NCBI GenBank assembly: GCA_025201805.1
Contig: MU619250.1
Span: 210,425 to 274,424 of the forward strand
Origin: Parasitella parasitica NRRL 2501
Lineage: Eukaryota; Fungi; Mucoromycota
Length of the DNA stretch: 64,000 bases
Direction: 5' to 3'
In this document: one piece after another, positions 1-13,001 of the stretch
How positions within the stretch are numbered: position 1 is the stretch's first letter
Layout of the letters: each line of letters begins with the position of its first letter
Notes under the pieces: generated by a model
The model's database searches: none
What the model was told of the DNA's origin: nothing
The model's input: the letters and a program-made list of their open reading frames with translations, nothing else
Translations under genes and position numbers: made by a program

Positions 1-1109
1 GTATAGGATCAAGCTGTGGAGGATCCGCAATTGCCAACTGTGCAGGATCAAGTGGTGTAAAAAGATCAGATGGGGCCATGGCCATCGTCTCCATGACGAC
101 ATAAACTGGTTTATGTACACTTATATCCTTTAATAAATTTACCTCTAGAATTTGCATTCAAGAGCAAGATTTAAAGTAATATTCCAGAGAATATACAAAT
201 ATAATGAATAAATCAACATTTGTTGCTATACTATACTTATTTTTTTCTTCTTTCTCATATGGTGGCAAGCCAAAAAATGGCCTTTTCAAATGTAAATCCC
301 CCTGAAAAATCTCAAAAGAATGAGCATCCTACACTTGCCAAGGTTTTAAATGTCTCCAATTGCTTCTATTAACTCTCATTTTTGGAGCGTTTTGTTCAAA
401 CAACAAGAAACATGCTTGAAGACGTTTTAAAAAAAAGCATCTTCGTGTTGAATCAAATGGGCTTATTCTACTAGTAAAAACTTTGAAACGTTGAAAAACG
501 TTCTAAAAAAAATGGTTGTCAGTCAATGCAAGAACAAATTTTCGGTCAAATACTGTAAGTGAATAAAGCATGAGGAAACGATGCTGCTAGACTTAATTCA
601 CAGTGCTTGAAACCATAAGTTAGTTAATATAATCATATAGTGTTTGGGTTGTCGTAACATCTCAGTTGATTTGTAGTTAAAATGAGTAGATATTTATTCA
701 ATGAGAGGCTTAGAATAGTGTTCGTTTATAGCAATTTATAATTTGACGTTTGGAATGAAGGAAAAAGCCAAAAGATCACTAAAATAAACGTTTATTACAT
801 GCATCACTAATTCTAGGAGATAATGTCTCTTCTTTTATCAGCCGATGGCGCTTTGTTTTCTTTTTACTTGTGGCTAAGCGCTATGAATTAAATCTAGTAG
901 CACCTTTTTCTCATATTCTATTCACTCACAGTATTTGGCCTTGCATAGACCGACTATTACTTATTTTAATAGCCACCAGGCGGACTGCACCAGTATCTAT
1001 GTAATGATATTAAGTAATATCTGTGGTATGATAAATAATATCAGCTTTATTTTATACAGCCAACATGGTCTTAAAAAATACAAGACAGTGAAAAAAGAGA
1101 AGGGAGAGG

Positions 1110-1112
<3 letters not shown>

Positions 1113-1186
<74 letters not shown>
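1113..1186. repeat. Compound microsatellite: (GA)~20 followed by (ATAATG)n, just downstream of the SUA5 stop
   Basis: Perfect GA run at 1113-1152, then ATAATG units at about 1157-1186. These explain the spurious ERERER and SLSLSL/IIII ORFs. Confidence 0.95.
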
Positions 1187-1189
<3 letters not shown>

Positions 1190-1219
1190 TACAATATACA
1201 ATATATGTTTCTATGATCT

Positions 1220-2482
1220 TTAGACTTCTATAATCTTTGAGGCGGCTTTTCTTAATCTATTCATGACAGCCATTCCTTCTCTGTCCTCAGAAATACCTTC
1301 TACAAAGATAAGATCGACAGCACGACCATCTAAATCACGAAGGCCTTTAAACATACCACGAGCCACTTCTTCGGGATGTCCATGGCGACCCATCTGAAGA
1401 GAAACGCACTCTATATTTTCATCAGTGACAGAAATAGTCTCCCAGACAGCCGTGTCTCCATTCTGCGTAGTTCTCAACATGCCAATCTTTGATACTCCCA
1501 CACCTGATGCTTGAATTGCTCTCAACTGCTCTTTCCACGCCTGATCGAATTTTGTATCGAATAATGGGTCTACTTGCTCTTGGCGATCAATTAAAATAAC
1601 CATTGCTTCTGGCGAATAATGGCGGTATTTCATGCCAGGCGTTGTGGGTGCTGCTTCCAATTCCTTATCAACGAAATGCTTTCTGTACACTTGCAAGCCA
1701 TTCATGCTATCGACTTGTTTCAAAGCTTCGTACGTTAATCCACCGGGACGCAGAATAGCCGGAGGGTTACGAAGTCCATCTAAAACAGTGCTTTCCACAC
1801 CCACATCACAGGCACCTCCATCTAAAATCAAAGGAATACGGCCCTGGAGATCATGAAAGACATGACTTGCCAAAGTGGGTGAAGGCTTTCCAGATGAGTT
1901 GGCAGAAGGAGCTGCTAATGGAAAGCCGCAAGCCTCAATCAAACTACGGGCAACTGGATGAGAGGGGAAGCGCACTGCCACAGTGGGATGTCCACAAGTG
2001 ACAGACGTTGGGATTTTGGGCGATGCAGGCAAGATTATGGTGAGTGGACCTGGCCAATGTTGGCGGATTACTGGTAGATAGACTTCGGGAACATGGCTAT
2101 CGGGTAATATACTTTTCAGCATGTCGATTGAAGAGACATGGACAATCAGGGGATTATCCTGGGGTCTGTTTTTGGCAGCAAAAATTTTGGATACGGCTTC
2201 TGCGTTCAATGCATTTGCCGCAAGACCATATACAGTTTCTGTTGGGATACCGATAGCTTCATTCTTCCTCAGCCATTCTACAGCCTTGTCAATGGCTTCC
2301 TTATCCTCTTTGCTAGAGATAATGCTGGTGGCATTTTGCTCGGGAAACTCGGTGTTTGTAGCATTTTGAAATGTAAAGTTGTTTGAGCTCACTGGATACA
2401 CTTGCGTTTCAAACATGGTGGAAAAATATGATCGTTGGAGACAAAGATGTATAGTTGAAGCAGTCCGAAAGGGAAGCCGCAT
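1220..2482 (-). CDS. SUA5: Threonylcarbamoyl-AMP synthase Sua5 (YrdC + SUA5 domains), single exon
   Basis: Motifs PTETVYGLAANA, KNRPQDNPLIVH, WPGPLT, APSANSSGKPSPT, GVESTV, PGMKYRHYSP and AVMNRLRKAA. Confidence 0.96.
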   Translation of the reverse strand: MRLPFRTASTIHLCLQRSYFSTMFETQVYPVSSNNFTFQNATNTEFPEQNATSIISSKEDKEAIDKAVEWLRKNEAIGIPTETVYGLAANALNAEAVSKIFAAKNRPQDNPLIVHVSSIDMLKSILPDSHVPEVYLPVIRQHWPGPLTIILPASPKIPTSVTCGHPTVAVRFPSHPVARSLIEACGFPLAAPSANSSGKPSPTLASHVFHDLQGRIPLILDGGACDVGVESTVLDGLRNPPAILRPGGLTYEALKQVDSMNGLQVYRKHFVDKELEAAPTTPGMKYRHYSPEAMVILIDRQEQVDPLFDTKFDQAWKEQLRAIQASGVGVSKIGMLRTTQNGDTAVWETISVTDENIECVSLQMGRHGHPEEVARGMFKGLRDLDGRAVDLIFVEGISEDREGMAVMNRLRKAASKIIEV

Positions 2483-3840
2483 TTATCATATGTTGATAAA
2501 AAAAAAAAAAAAAAGAATGTGATCCTTTGCCTGTGAAGTTGTTACACTGGACTCTAAGCCACGAGTAGTTTGTGTAAGTCTAATGAGCATATGTATGCTA
2601 GTGGTAAACAAAATACATTGATTCAACATAAATTGAATCAACTACAAATCTGTTGCTTCAAATATAATGTTCTTGGTTTGACCGAATGCTTCTTTGCACA
2701 TCTCTTATGATATTTGTTATCATCCGTGATTCAAAGTAACATTTGGCATGACAACGTAGCACCCAGTTATTTAGACAGTTTAATTTTACAACAGGAGCAT
2801 GCTTAATTCATAACGGGCCTTAATATTTATCTTATCATTGAAAATACAGCATTTACAAGGATTGAGTAGAAAAAAAAATTGAGTTCATACGGAGGAAGCG
2901 AGAGGGAAGGCAAGGCGCATAAGACGCAAGACCTGCCCATGAAAAACGATTAAATAAAGATGAACAAGCTAATCAATCAAGCAAGATATGGAAGATCCCA
3001 TTGCTATTAAAAATACTGATAAAATCACTGCGATAAAGATTAAGGCACATATGAAGAAGCTCTCAAATTTGATGCTTATGGCCATTTTGGATTCATGTTC
3101 GGTAGTAAACTCGATGGAACCATCAAATTAAAATTATTATGCTCAAATCAAGGAATAGTTGCAAAAGCTGAAATATTTAATAAGATAAAAAAGGGCTGCA
3201 AGGTAGTTAAATTGATTATGATCAATACGCCAATGAACTTCTATAGATGAGGTTATGGATTTCTAATCTTTTACTCAAAAATTAACTACCAAGTTCAAAG
3301 CGTGGGACAACTCGAAAATCAAAAATGATATGGTGACAGTTGTATGGTGTACAACGAAAACACTTTTCAGCTAGTCATGTTATAGTATACCATTAACCGT
3401 GGAATGTTACAATGTGTAGATCAAACACAAGCATAAAAGAATGAGCACTTGCAACTTGTGAGCAGCCGACTTTTGTTCTCCTACTGTCGTACTTTTCTAA
3501 TATTCAATATTGCCGTTTTTTGATCGCTCCAAGCATATTGAGATTTCGAAACAAACACATAAAATAAATATGTTTTGGGGTTCATATGCTTTGTAACGAA
3601 AAGTACTGACTACGCTGCAACCATACGAACAGATATCTGTTTGGGATTGAAGGAACTTCTAAAATCCTAAAATCAACTAGAAAATACAGAGGACAAATTT
3701 ACATTGCTTCTCGGTAGATCTATTACCCTTTTAACCCTCCCCCCTCTTTTTACCGTGCCAGCAAGCGCAAAAGATGAACTTGAATTCTCGTGATTTTTCA
3801 AATAAAAAATTAGCTTTATCTATTCTCTTGAGCAAGACAA

Positions 3841-5382
3841 ATGCTATCCAACTCGTTTCTTAAACGTTTTCGAAAGCTCGATGCTTATGCAAAGACTTTG
3901 GACGATTTTCGAGTTCGAACAGCAACTGGTGGAACAGGTAAGTTTCCGTTTTTTTTCAAGCATATTTATTCAGTATCGCTCAACAGTAATGTTCTCGTAG
4001 TTACTTTATTGAGTGCTTTCACTATTGCTGTACTCATTCTGTTTGAAGTCATTCGATATATGACTCCAATTATGCAATCCGAAATTATTGTTGATGGTGG
4101 AATCATGGTATATGGAATTTTATGAATGGCGAATTCATGCTAAATCCTTTATTTGTTGCAGGAAAAGTTGCCTATTACCTTTGATGTTACGTTTCCACAT
4201 GTCCCTTGCTATAGTAAGTTTTTAATTTCGCTACTTTATACCGGATTAGATGTCTTACAGTGTTTATTTAGTGTTAAGTTTAGATGTCATGGATGAAAGT
4301 GGAGAGCATATTAGCGAATACGATCACGATGTATATAAAGAGAGACTGGATGCAAGTGGAAAGACAATCTTGAAAGAGAAATCCGAAGGTATTGTATTGC
4401 TACTTTGAAACGTCGTAGCCAAATCGAATAAGTACTAAGTAATTTACAAATAAAGATCTTCGTAACAAAGCAGCCAAAATGGCCATGGAAAATAATGGGG
4501 CTGTGCCTGACGATTACTGTGGACCTTGCTATGGAGCCAACATCGACGGCGTTGCCAACCCTTGTTGCAATACCTGCGAGGAAGTGCAACGTGCTTATAC
4601 CGATATGGGCTGGAGTTCCGATTCAGATAGTTTTGAACAGGTAATTTGCTAGTGTGGTGTAGCCGCCTGTTATGTGTGTTTGACTATTGTGGTAGTGTGT
4701 TAGGGAAGGATGGAAAGAGAAAACCACAGTACAATCTCGCGAGGGCTGTCGCATGCATGGCAAGCTATCTGTCAACAAATTGCGTGGCAATTTCCACTTT
4801 TCTGCTGGCCGAGCATTCAGCCAAGGAGGAAGTCATATCCACGATATGTCTTCGTTTTTACACAACGAATTCAACCAGAACTTTATGCACGAAATTCATC
4901 ATTTGCAATTTGGATCTCATGAGTACAATACGCACAAACAAAAGCGTACCAAATCAAGTGTTCTTATTAACCCACTAGACAATACAAAATGGGGCAATAT
5001 GCAAGGTATGCGAAGAGAGCGAGAAAACAAAGACTCTTGGAGGAACTAACTAATTAGAAAAAAAGCTGCCATGATGTATCAGTACTTTTTAAAGATTGTG
5101 CCTACTGAATTCGACTTTATTAGCGGTAAACAAACCCGAACATTCCAGTATTCTGTCAGTAAACAAGATCAAATCGTGCATTATGGCGGTGGATTGCCGG
5201 GCGTGTTTTTTATGCTCGATCATTCACCGATGCGCATTATATACTCTGAATCAAGGCCTACGTTTGGCAGCTTTTTGACCAGCATTTGTGGCATCATTGG
5301 TGGTGTGTTCAGCGTAGCAAGCATTATTGATAGTATCCTCTACAGAGCTGAAAAAATCTCCAAACAAAGAAAGGAAATGTAA
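3841..5382 (+). CDS. ERV46: ER-derived vesicle protein Erv46/ERGIC3. Exons 3841-3937, 4001-4107, 4162-4213, 4272-4388, 4456-4640, 4696-5005, 5066-5382
   Basis: Motifs LDAYAKTLDDFRVRTATGG, YCGPCYGA...CCNTCEEV, GNFHF, YQYFLKIVPT, PGVFF and SICGIIGGVF. All introns are GT-AG with consistent phase. Confidence 0.93.
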
Positions 5383-5850
5383 ATAATACTCCCCTAATTT
5401 ATGTCTACTTTGTGTAACTGATATTGGCGAATTCACCCGCTTTTTCGGAGCGACCCTCCACGCTCAGGTTTTACTAATACGTATTAAAATGTGTTTTGTT
5501 GGCAAAGATCAATTCAAGTCTATTTCTCTGGTTACGATGAGCAAAGAAAAAAAAAAGGGCGGAGGCTTCTTAATGTACATAAGAAAGGCATTGAATGTTC
5601 AAAGTGTTAGTTTTTTGATGCAAACTTCATGTGGATTGGCACGTATGTTAAATGCAGAGCGTGTTTTGTAGTATAATGCAATTTAGTGTGCATAGCAGTA
5701 AAAATTTAGATCCTTTACTCCATGATTCTCGGACGAAAACGCTATGACATTTCCTTCACGACATGTGAACTTGTAAAACATATAAAGCAATCATTTGCAT
5801 CTTTTCTTCTTCTTCACAACTCTTTTGTTTTCCATTTAAACATCCCAATT

Positions 5851-7292
5851 ATGACTATTACTCGTGTACACGCTCGCCAAATCTTCGATTCGCGAGGTAA
5901 TCCCACCGTCGAAGTCGAAGTCTTCACTGCTAAAGGCGTATACCGTGCTGATGTGCCTTCTGGTGCTTCAACTGGCATCCACGAAGCCCTTGAACTCCGC
6001 GACAAAAGCAAGGCTGGATATATGGGAAAGGGTATGTATGCGTTTGTTCATTACAAAAATAAATTCAGACTAATATTATATTATACATTGTGTAGGTGTT
6101 CTTGAAGCCGTTAACAACGTAGTCGATATCATTGGCCCTGCTCTTGTTAAATCGGGTCTCAATGTCGCTGACCAAAAAGCCATTGACAAATTCCTCTTGG
6201 AACTTGATGGCACCGCCAACAAGAGCAAATTTGGTGCAAATGCTCTTTTGGGTATCTCCCTCGCTGTTGCTAAGGCTGGCGCTGGCGAAAAAAATGTTCC
6301 CCTTTACGTCCATTTTGCTGATTTGGCCGGTTCTAAGCGACCTTTTGTTCTGCCTGTTCCATCTTTTAACGTCATTAACGGTGGTGAACATGCTGGCAAC
6401 AAATTGGCCATGCAAGAATTTATGATCATGCCCACTGGTGCCAAATCCTTTGCTGAAGCCATGAAAATTGGTACCGAAGTCTATCACCACTTGAAGAATG
6501 TCATCAAAGAAAAGTATGGTCAAGATGCGACTAACGTCGGCGATGAAGGTGGATTCGCTCCTAATATCCAGGACAGTGGCGAAGGCCTTGATTTGCTTGT
6601 TGCAGCTATCGAAAAGGCTGGCTACACTGGTAAAGTTAAAATTGCTATGGATTGTGCCGCAAGCGAGTTTTATATTGATGGAAAATATGATTTGGATTTC
6701 AAGAATCCCAATGCTAATCCTGAAGAACGTGTTACTGGTCAACAACTCGCTGAACTCTACAAGACTTTTGCTGAAAAGTACCCTAGTAAGTTATTTACAT
6801 CACTATGGATGCGAAAACTACTTGTATTGACGTAATCATGTTATACAAGTTGTTTCTATTGAAGATGCTTTTGATCAAGACGACTGGGAAAACTGGGCTC
6901 ATCTGTTGGAAAGCTCAAAGTTCCAATTAGTAGGCGATGATTTAACTGTTACTAATCCTAAGCGTATTGCCATGGCTGTTGAGAAAAAGGCTTGTAACGC
7001 TCTATTGTTGAAGGTCAACCAAATTGGTACCATTACCGAATCTATTCAAGCTGCCCTTGACTCTCAAGCTGCTGGTTGGGGTGTTATGGTTTCTCATAGA
7101 TCTGGTGAAACCGAAGATCACACTATTGCTGACCTTGTTGTTGGTCTCCGTACTGGTCAAATCAAGACTGGTGCTCCCTGCAGATCTGAACGTCTTTCCA
7201 AGTATAACCAACTTCTCCGCATCGAAGAAGAGCTCGGCGAGGGCAACTACATCTATGCTGGTGAAAACTTTCGTACTGCTCATCTATTATAA
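5851..7292 (+). CDS. ENO: Enolase. Exons 5851-6031, 6096-6785, 6850-7292
   Basis: Motifs [68 protein letters not shown] and [12 protein letters not shown]. Catalytic residues are intact. Confidence 0.98.
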
Positions 7293-9081
7293 ATAAGTTC
7301 AAGCCACTAAAATATACTATCGTATTGTTGTGAACAGCGAAAAACAAATCTGCTTCTGAAAGAGACATACTTGTGTAACCATAATGATGCAGGCGGATAG
7401 CTAAATCATCCAATGAAATACTACCCCTGAGCTGAGTACATATGTCAAATATTTCTATATTTAGAAATTATTGAAATTTAAATCATGTATCTAGCGTAAC
7501 AAATTTAAAATTACTATTGACTACCTGTTACCGCAAGGATGTTTCCTTTGATAGAACGTTGATTCAAGTTTTTGTCTCAGAGTATTTAAAAAACTTTAAA
7601 GGAAGATGTACTTGAAAAGAATAGTGCCTGTTAAAAATATGCAACTTTACAACTCATCCTTGTACCAGAGCCACGCACAGAGAACGTAAATGCGATAGTA
7701 ATTTATAACCATTAAAGTCTTTATGGCTTCTGATAACCCTAAAAATTTTTTGTAGAAAATCAATTTTTACATATCAAAAGCTTGTATCTCTTTTCTCTCA
7801 GCAAATGATATTGCTACAGGTAAGGCAGGCTAATTTTTAACAATTTTTCATGAAGAGCAAGAAGCACAATGTTGTTTACAAAGAGAGCAATGGCAAAAAA
7901 AAAAACATGTTGAGCTTAATGTGCCAAGGCACTTTTCAGAGTTTTTAAATAGCACTATTGTCAAATATAAAATTGTGTATTATATCCTGCAAATTGGTAA
8001 AATAGCCATATGCGGTAATATACATGTGTGATTTCTAAAGTCGTCTCCAAATAATGACATAATCACATTCAAATGCAAGTTTTATTTGATACATAACTTG
8101 TGAAACGTTCAGTTATTAGCCTGGACATCTACAAGAATTATACAATATGGTACTTGAATGCGCTAGATACAACAAGTTGCGAATTGGCAAGGATCGAAAA
8201 ACCAGCTGGATTAGGAGTGCAAAAGTATTTAAAAAAATAGTATTGGCCTTCTACAATATACCGATTACTTTTCAAGTATTTTTACAACAAGTATCGATAG
8301 TATTTGGGTTCCACAGCATTTTGTTGACATTTAACAAACAATATGAGCATTCGTGAATATTGAGCACTGTGCATTATTTCCTAGCTGCCTTCAGGTTCGA
8401 TTCCATAGAAACACGATCATTGGTTATTATATCTGAACCTCGGGATAGACAAAGCCAAGTGCTGTCCAAGTGTTGTAACAAAATCCACAAAAGTCATTTG
8501 CAAACAGATAACTATGGGCTTGGAAATAAATACACGCCACCGTTGAAAACACTTGCTCTAGATTTAGCGTTGATACATATATAGCACATTCAAGATCGAA
8601 GCAATGTGACGTTATTGCGAATTAGGAATAGATGGAGGGCTTCACAATGTGAGTAGCATATACACATATTAAAAGGACATCTAGCAAGGATACAAATCAG
8701 CATCTATCTGCACATGGAAGAAAAGCCAAACGGGTAATACCTTGTAGCCCCTTTTTATACAAATGGCATCACGATTTGTGTGATACAGATTAATTTGCAT
8801 ACAATCAATCAAATGCTGTCTTTGATATGCATATGGTAGATTGGCAAATGTAGTTGAAACTCGAGTCACATCAACTGCACAATTACTTTTACTAATAAGC
8901 TTGTCGTTTCCTTACATCTTTCTTCTGTTCATCTTCTTTTATAATAGAACACAAGGGATTTACAGATCAGCCTTTCATTCTTTATTCTTTTCGCATTTGA
9001 TACATACTCATAGTTCCTGCATCGAAGATACGATTCACTATTTTGGTTACCTTGTAGAAAAGCACCAAGCAGATTACCGCA

Positions 9082-12000
9082 ATGAGCTCAAAACAGAACG
9101 CTGCTGGAGCACCAGTTTCGAAAAAGATTAGAATGACCATGGCCTGTGAGCGTTGCAGGTAATAAGTGATTGCAGTATCTCGGATACAGAACTAATTCGT
9201 CCGCTCTTTGCTGTATAATTATAAAACAAATAGATCAAAGAAAGGTTAGTAGAAACCGTACCGTTTAGTGCTCTTCGTTAACGTTATACGTACTATAAAT
9301 AGTGAAATGTGATTTTGCTCATCCTCAATGTGCAAGATGCCAACAAGCAAAAGGTATATATAATGCACAGGAAAACATCTGTATATGGTCTCTGGACAAA
9401 AAGCCAACCATCTTTTATAGCGGAATGCTCTTACGATGGAAGTGCTACACAAGTAGATCTATTCAATCTTGTAAAGCTAAACGAAACAGTGGATATTTTG
9501 CAGAAAAGAGTTCAGTCCATAGAATCTGATATAAAGGATGTTTGCAGCAATACACAATACGTAGCGAATGAAGTTCGAATGACTCGAGCTGCTGGTGGGA
9601 ACCAATTCTCAGAAAAAAGCACAGGCGCTGATACAAATGAACAACAGCAGCAAAGAGATTATACTGCTAGTCCGACTAACAGCATCTCTAGAAGCCCCCG
9701 CATGAATAGCATGAATAGTCTTCTGGCAACATCGAATGCGCAATGGTCTTTATCACTGACACCAAAAGGGCTTCGAATCGATACAAACATCATTTCGCTG
9801 CATGACCTATACGACATTCTACTATCCGGTGTGTCACAATTTGATCTATCCAATGGAGCATGCATGCATGAACTTAGCAACAACACTGCCAATTCATCCC
9901 CACAATCTTCGAGCTCAACCTCTCACAATTCTCCGGAAAGTCCGCGACCAGAAACTGCTACTGTGTTGCGAAAAAAGCCGCTCTGGAGAACCCGACTCAA
10001 GACTTTTCCTTTGTATAGCAGCTGGGAACCTCAAGGGAAAAAGAACAGCAGCAGTCGCAATTTGGACGGTTCGCTAAAATCAGGCCATAAAAGGAGCAAC
10101 AGTGCAATACTGTCCCTCTCATCCTCAGCCTCGGCCTCGGCCTCGTCACTCCCCGAACCTATACCTAAGGAGACACTACACCGCATGATATCTATATATT
10201 GCGAGTGCTTTCTATGTCTTCCTTGTCCTGAATTGCAGCAATCTATTTTGAAAAGATTCGAGCATGGAACGCTCGATCCTTTATTGGCCAACGCAGTATT
10301 TGCATGGACAGCTCGACATGCAGCCATCTACCACAGCCTGTTTCCCGGAAAAGACCCCAACCAGGTCGGCCAAAGTTTCTTTTTGAAGGCAAAATCACTC
10401 GTCAAGGATCGCTTCATGAAGACAAGCATAGACACCATGCATAGTTTACTGATCATGTATATTTATGCCATTGGTATTCCAAGCGAACACAAGGCTGAGG
10501 TTGAATCGGAAGCATATATTTATCTTGGTTTGGCTATACGCATGTGCTTAGATCTCAAGATGAACGCAGAGTCCAGCAGCCCCAACCCGTACGACAAGGA
10601 GAGGAACAGACGCTTTTTTTGGGTGCTTTATTTTCTAGAGACACTAGGATCAATTCATTCGGATAAACCTTTTGCATTGCCACCTCGAAATATGGTGACA
10701 GTTCGATTCCCCACATTAATGGAACACGAGAAATCAGACGAAGCGAGATATCGAGTAGAATTCATGATCCAAAGATTCAAAATCACTCGCATCTATCGTA
10801 ACATCATCTACAAAACAACCAAAGAAAAGCCGTTGCTATCCCAAATCTCTGCCATCGACAAGGAGCTCGAAAATTGGAAAGCTGCACTACCATCTTACTT
10901 GAAGTACGAGACAGGAGACATTCACAGGAAACGCTGGGATTCAACTTCATTCAGGGAACAAGCTTGTATCAAGCTGAACTTTGAATACAATTTTCAGTTA
11001 TGCCAGTTGTACGGATTATTTTTTTCGAAATCTGGCACTGATGAGGATAATGGAGCAAATGAACAGCAGCAATCGGCTATTGAGGTACTGTCTAGGGAAA
11101 TCTGCCTCAAAGCTGCAAATAACACGGTGGAATTACTCGAGTGCTGGACTCAGTTGAAGCAGCTCTGGTGTCACTTTTCTTTGGAGAATCTAATGATGAC
11201 CACTATGACCTATGGAAATATCTTATCACAGGCCAATAGTGGCGAACGGGAGAATGCAACAAAGAATTTGGAAAAAATAGCAAAAATATTGTTAAATTCA
11301 CCTGTGCGACATCACAAATATGTACTTACATTGGTTGGCAAGATTAGCCTCATATTCAAGGAGATTTTGAATGCTGACCTACGAATTGATGGCAAAGTTT
11401 TACCCAGTGAAATCCCATCCAAAGGCATAGGTAGTCCAAAGCAACAGGGTGAAGATGTAACAACAGTAACTGCAGCCCATCTCCCGGCTACCGAATCAAC
11501 TTGTCCAACAAAGCAGCATCAGCAGCAACAACAGCAGCAACAGCAACTAGCGACTACGCTATTACCACCAACATCTTCTATTCCGCCTAATATTAGGCAT
11601 GGCCAACATACCAGAACTAATTCAACACCAATAGACTTGGCAGTATTAGATCAAGACATCCAACCTGTATCATTAACCAACCAATTTACTCTGACAAATT
11701 CAATATACAATATTTTTGATGTCGCATCTGCTTCATCTGTAAAATTCGACATGCACAAAGCAGAGTCGTTTTCTGAAGATATGCATTTTTCTGACTTTGT
11801 TTACACACCAACGCTATTAGACTATTCAGCTGCTGTCAACAGTGCAGGCATGTTGTCGAGTGTAGCAGCAAATAGCACCGGTGCTGTAGATTATAGCCAA
11901 CAACAACGGCAACAAGGAAAAAAGCGGGATTATACAGCGACAGTGGCGGATGACAACTGCCATTCACAGCAGCAGTATTCGCCATCTCAGCAACAACAGC

Positions 12001-12338
12001 TTCATTATGGATACAATGCTAATAACAGATCATCATCTACTTGTACAGCTAATAACAACAATTCACCAACTCAACACAGCATATCTCCGCCTACTTGGCT
12101 GGAAATGGAGCATTCCTCCTCTTCCTCAAATACCAGTGCTACCTTACCACCGTCAAACAACCCCACAGATCAACATCAGCAGTATATGCACATGAATCCC
12201 AATTTTAATGATAATAGACAGCGATATTCTACTTCTCAAGCAAATACAACGCCTTCTCAACAACAACAACAACAACAACCATCAGCATCATCATCAATGA
12301 AAAATTATTACAATAATTGCAATAATTCTTACTATTAG
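9082..12338 (+). CDS. Zn(II)2Cys6 fungal transcription factor with a fungal TF middle homology region and Gln/Ser/Asn-rich C-terminus. Exons 9082-9158, 9234-9244, 9303-9353, 9421-12338
   Basis: Splicing rebuilds C-ER-C-RSKKVK-C-DFAHPQ-C-AR-C-QQAKAE-C. The middle region has AIRMCLDLKMN and ERNRRFFWVLYFLE. Confidence 0.93.
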
Positions 12339-13001
12339 ACCCTCGTGCTCTGCTTTCATAGGATAATGTTTGGTGTATTTTTACATGGTTTTTTACCCTT
12401 TAATCAAATGCTGTAAAATCAGTCGCAGTGAGATATTTTTGCTGCCATCCTCTCAACTTGCGTCAAAAACAATAATAAAAACAACCAACATGTGTTGATT
12501 TGCATATAATGTAGATTTTCTACACCCGTATCTAGAACAAAAGCTAAAGCCTTTCTTCGGGTCAGTGTATTATGTGGTGCATTTTTGAGCCTCATGATAG
12601 AGACCTAGCAAAAATGTGCATCCGATTCTGTAAATGCGATTCAGAGCATTCAAGGCAATGCAAATTTCTCAGGTAAACATTGTGAAAAAAGGCGCATGTT
12701 TATACAAACATACAAAGGATAGTGTATGCGTAATGAGGATCATCAAGTGATTGCTTTTGCTTACATGCTCTTAGATGCGCAACACTTGAAAAAAAAATAG
12801 TTAACTTCTGTTTAATGAAAGAAACATCTCTATATAGAAAAGAATTGTTTTTTGTGTATATATAATGAAAGAGAAAAAAAAAAGGGGGGGGGGAAGTAGG
12901 CTAAGAGATGCAAATAGAGAAAAATAATAATAAAAAAGTATGCAAAATAATCTGTATGAAGAGAGAATGTATATCAATAATAATAAAAAAACCGAGTCTG
13001 T

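Noticed and set aside
1-115. GC-richer stretch open on the minus strand (METMAMAPSDLFTPLDPAQLAIADPPQLDPI) running off the window
   Set aside because: Too short and truncated, with no recognisable motif. It could be a gene start but cannot be supported.
260-520. Possible DNA-transposon end or MITE-like sequence (similar impression at about 47160-47430)
   Set aside because: No matching terminal inverted repeat, target-site duplication or transposase was found.
935-1194. ORFs with ERERER and IIII/SLSLSL
   Set aside because: These are translations of microsatellites.
6065-7283. Long antisense ORFs over enolase (similar ones over RPS3, CLIP-170 and ETFA)
   Set aside because: These are shadow ORFs caused by codon bias of the sense gene.
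8394-8404. B-box-like GGTTCGATTCC
   Set aside because: No T-stem pairing or cloverleaf, so not a tRNA.
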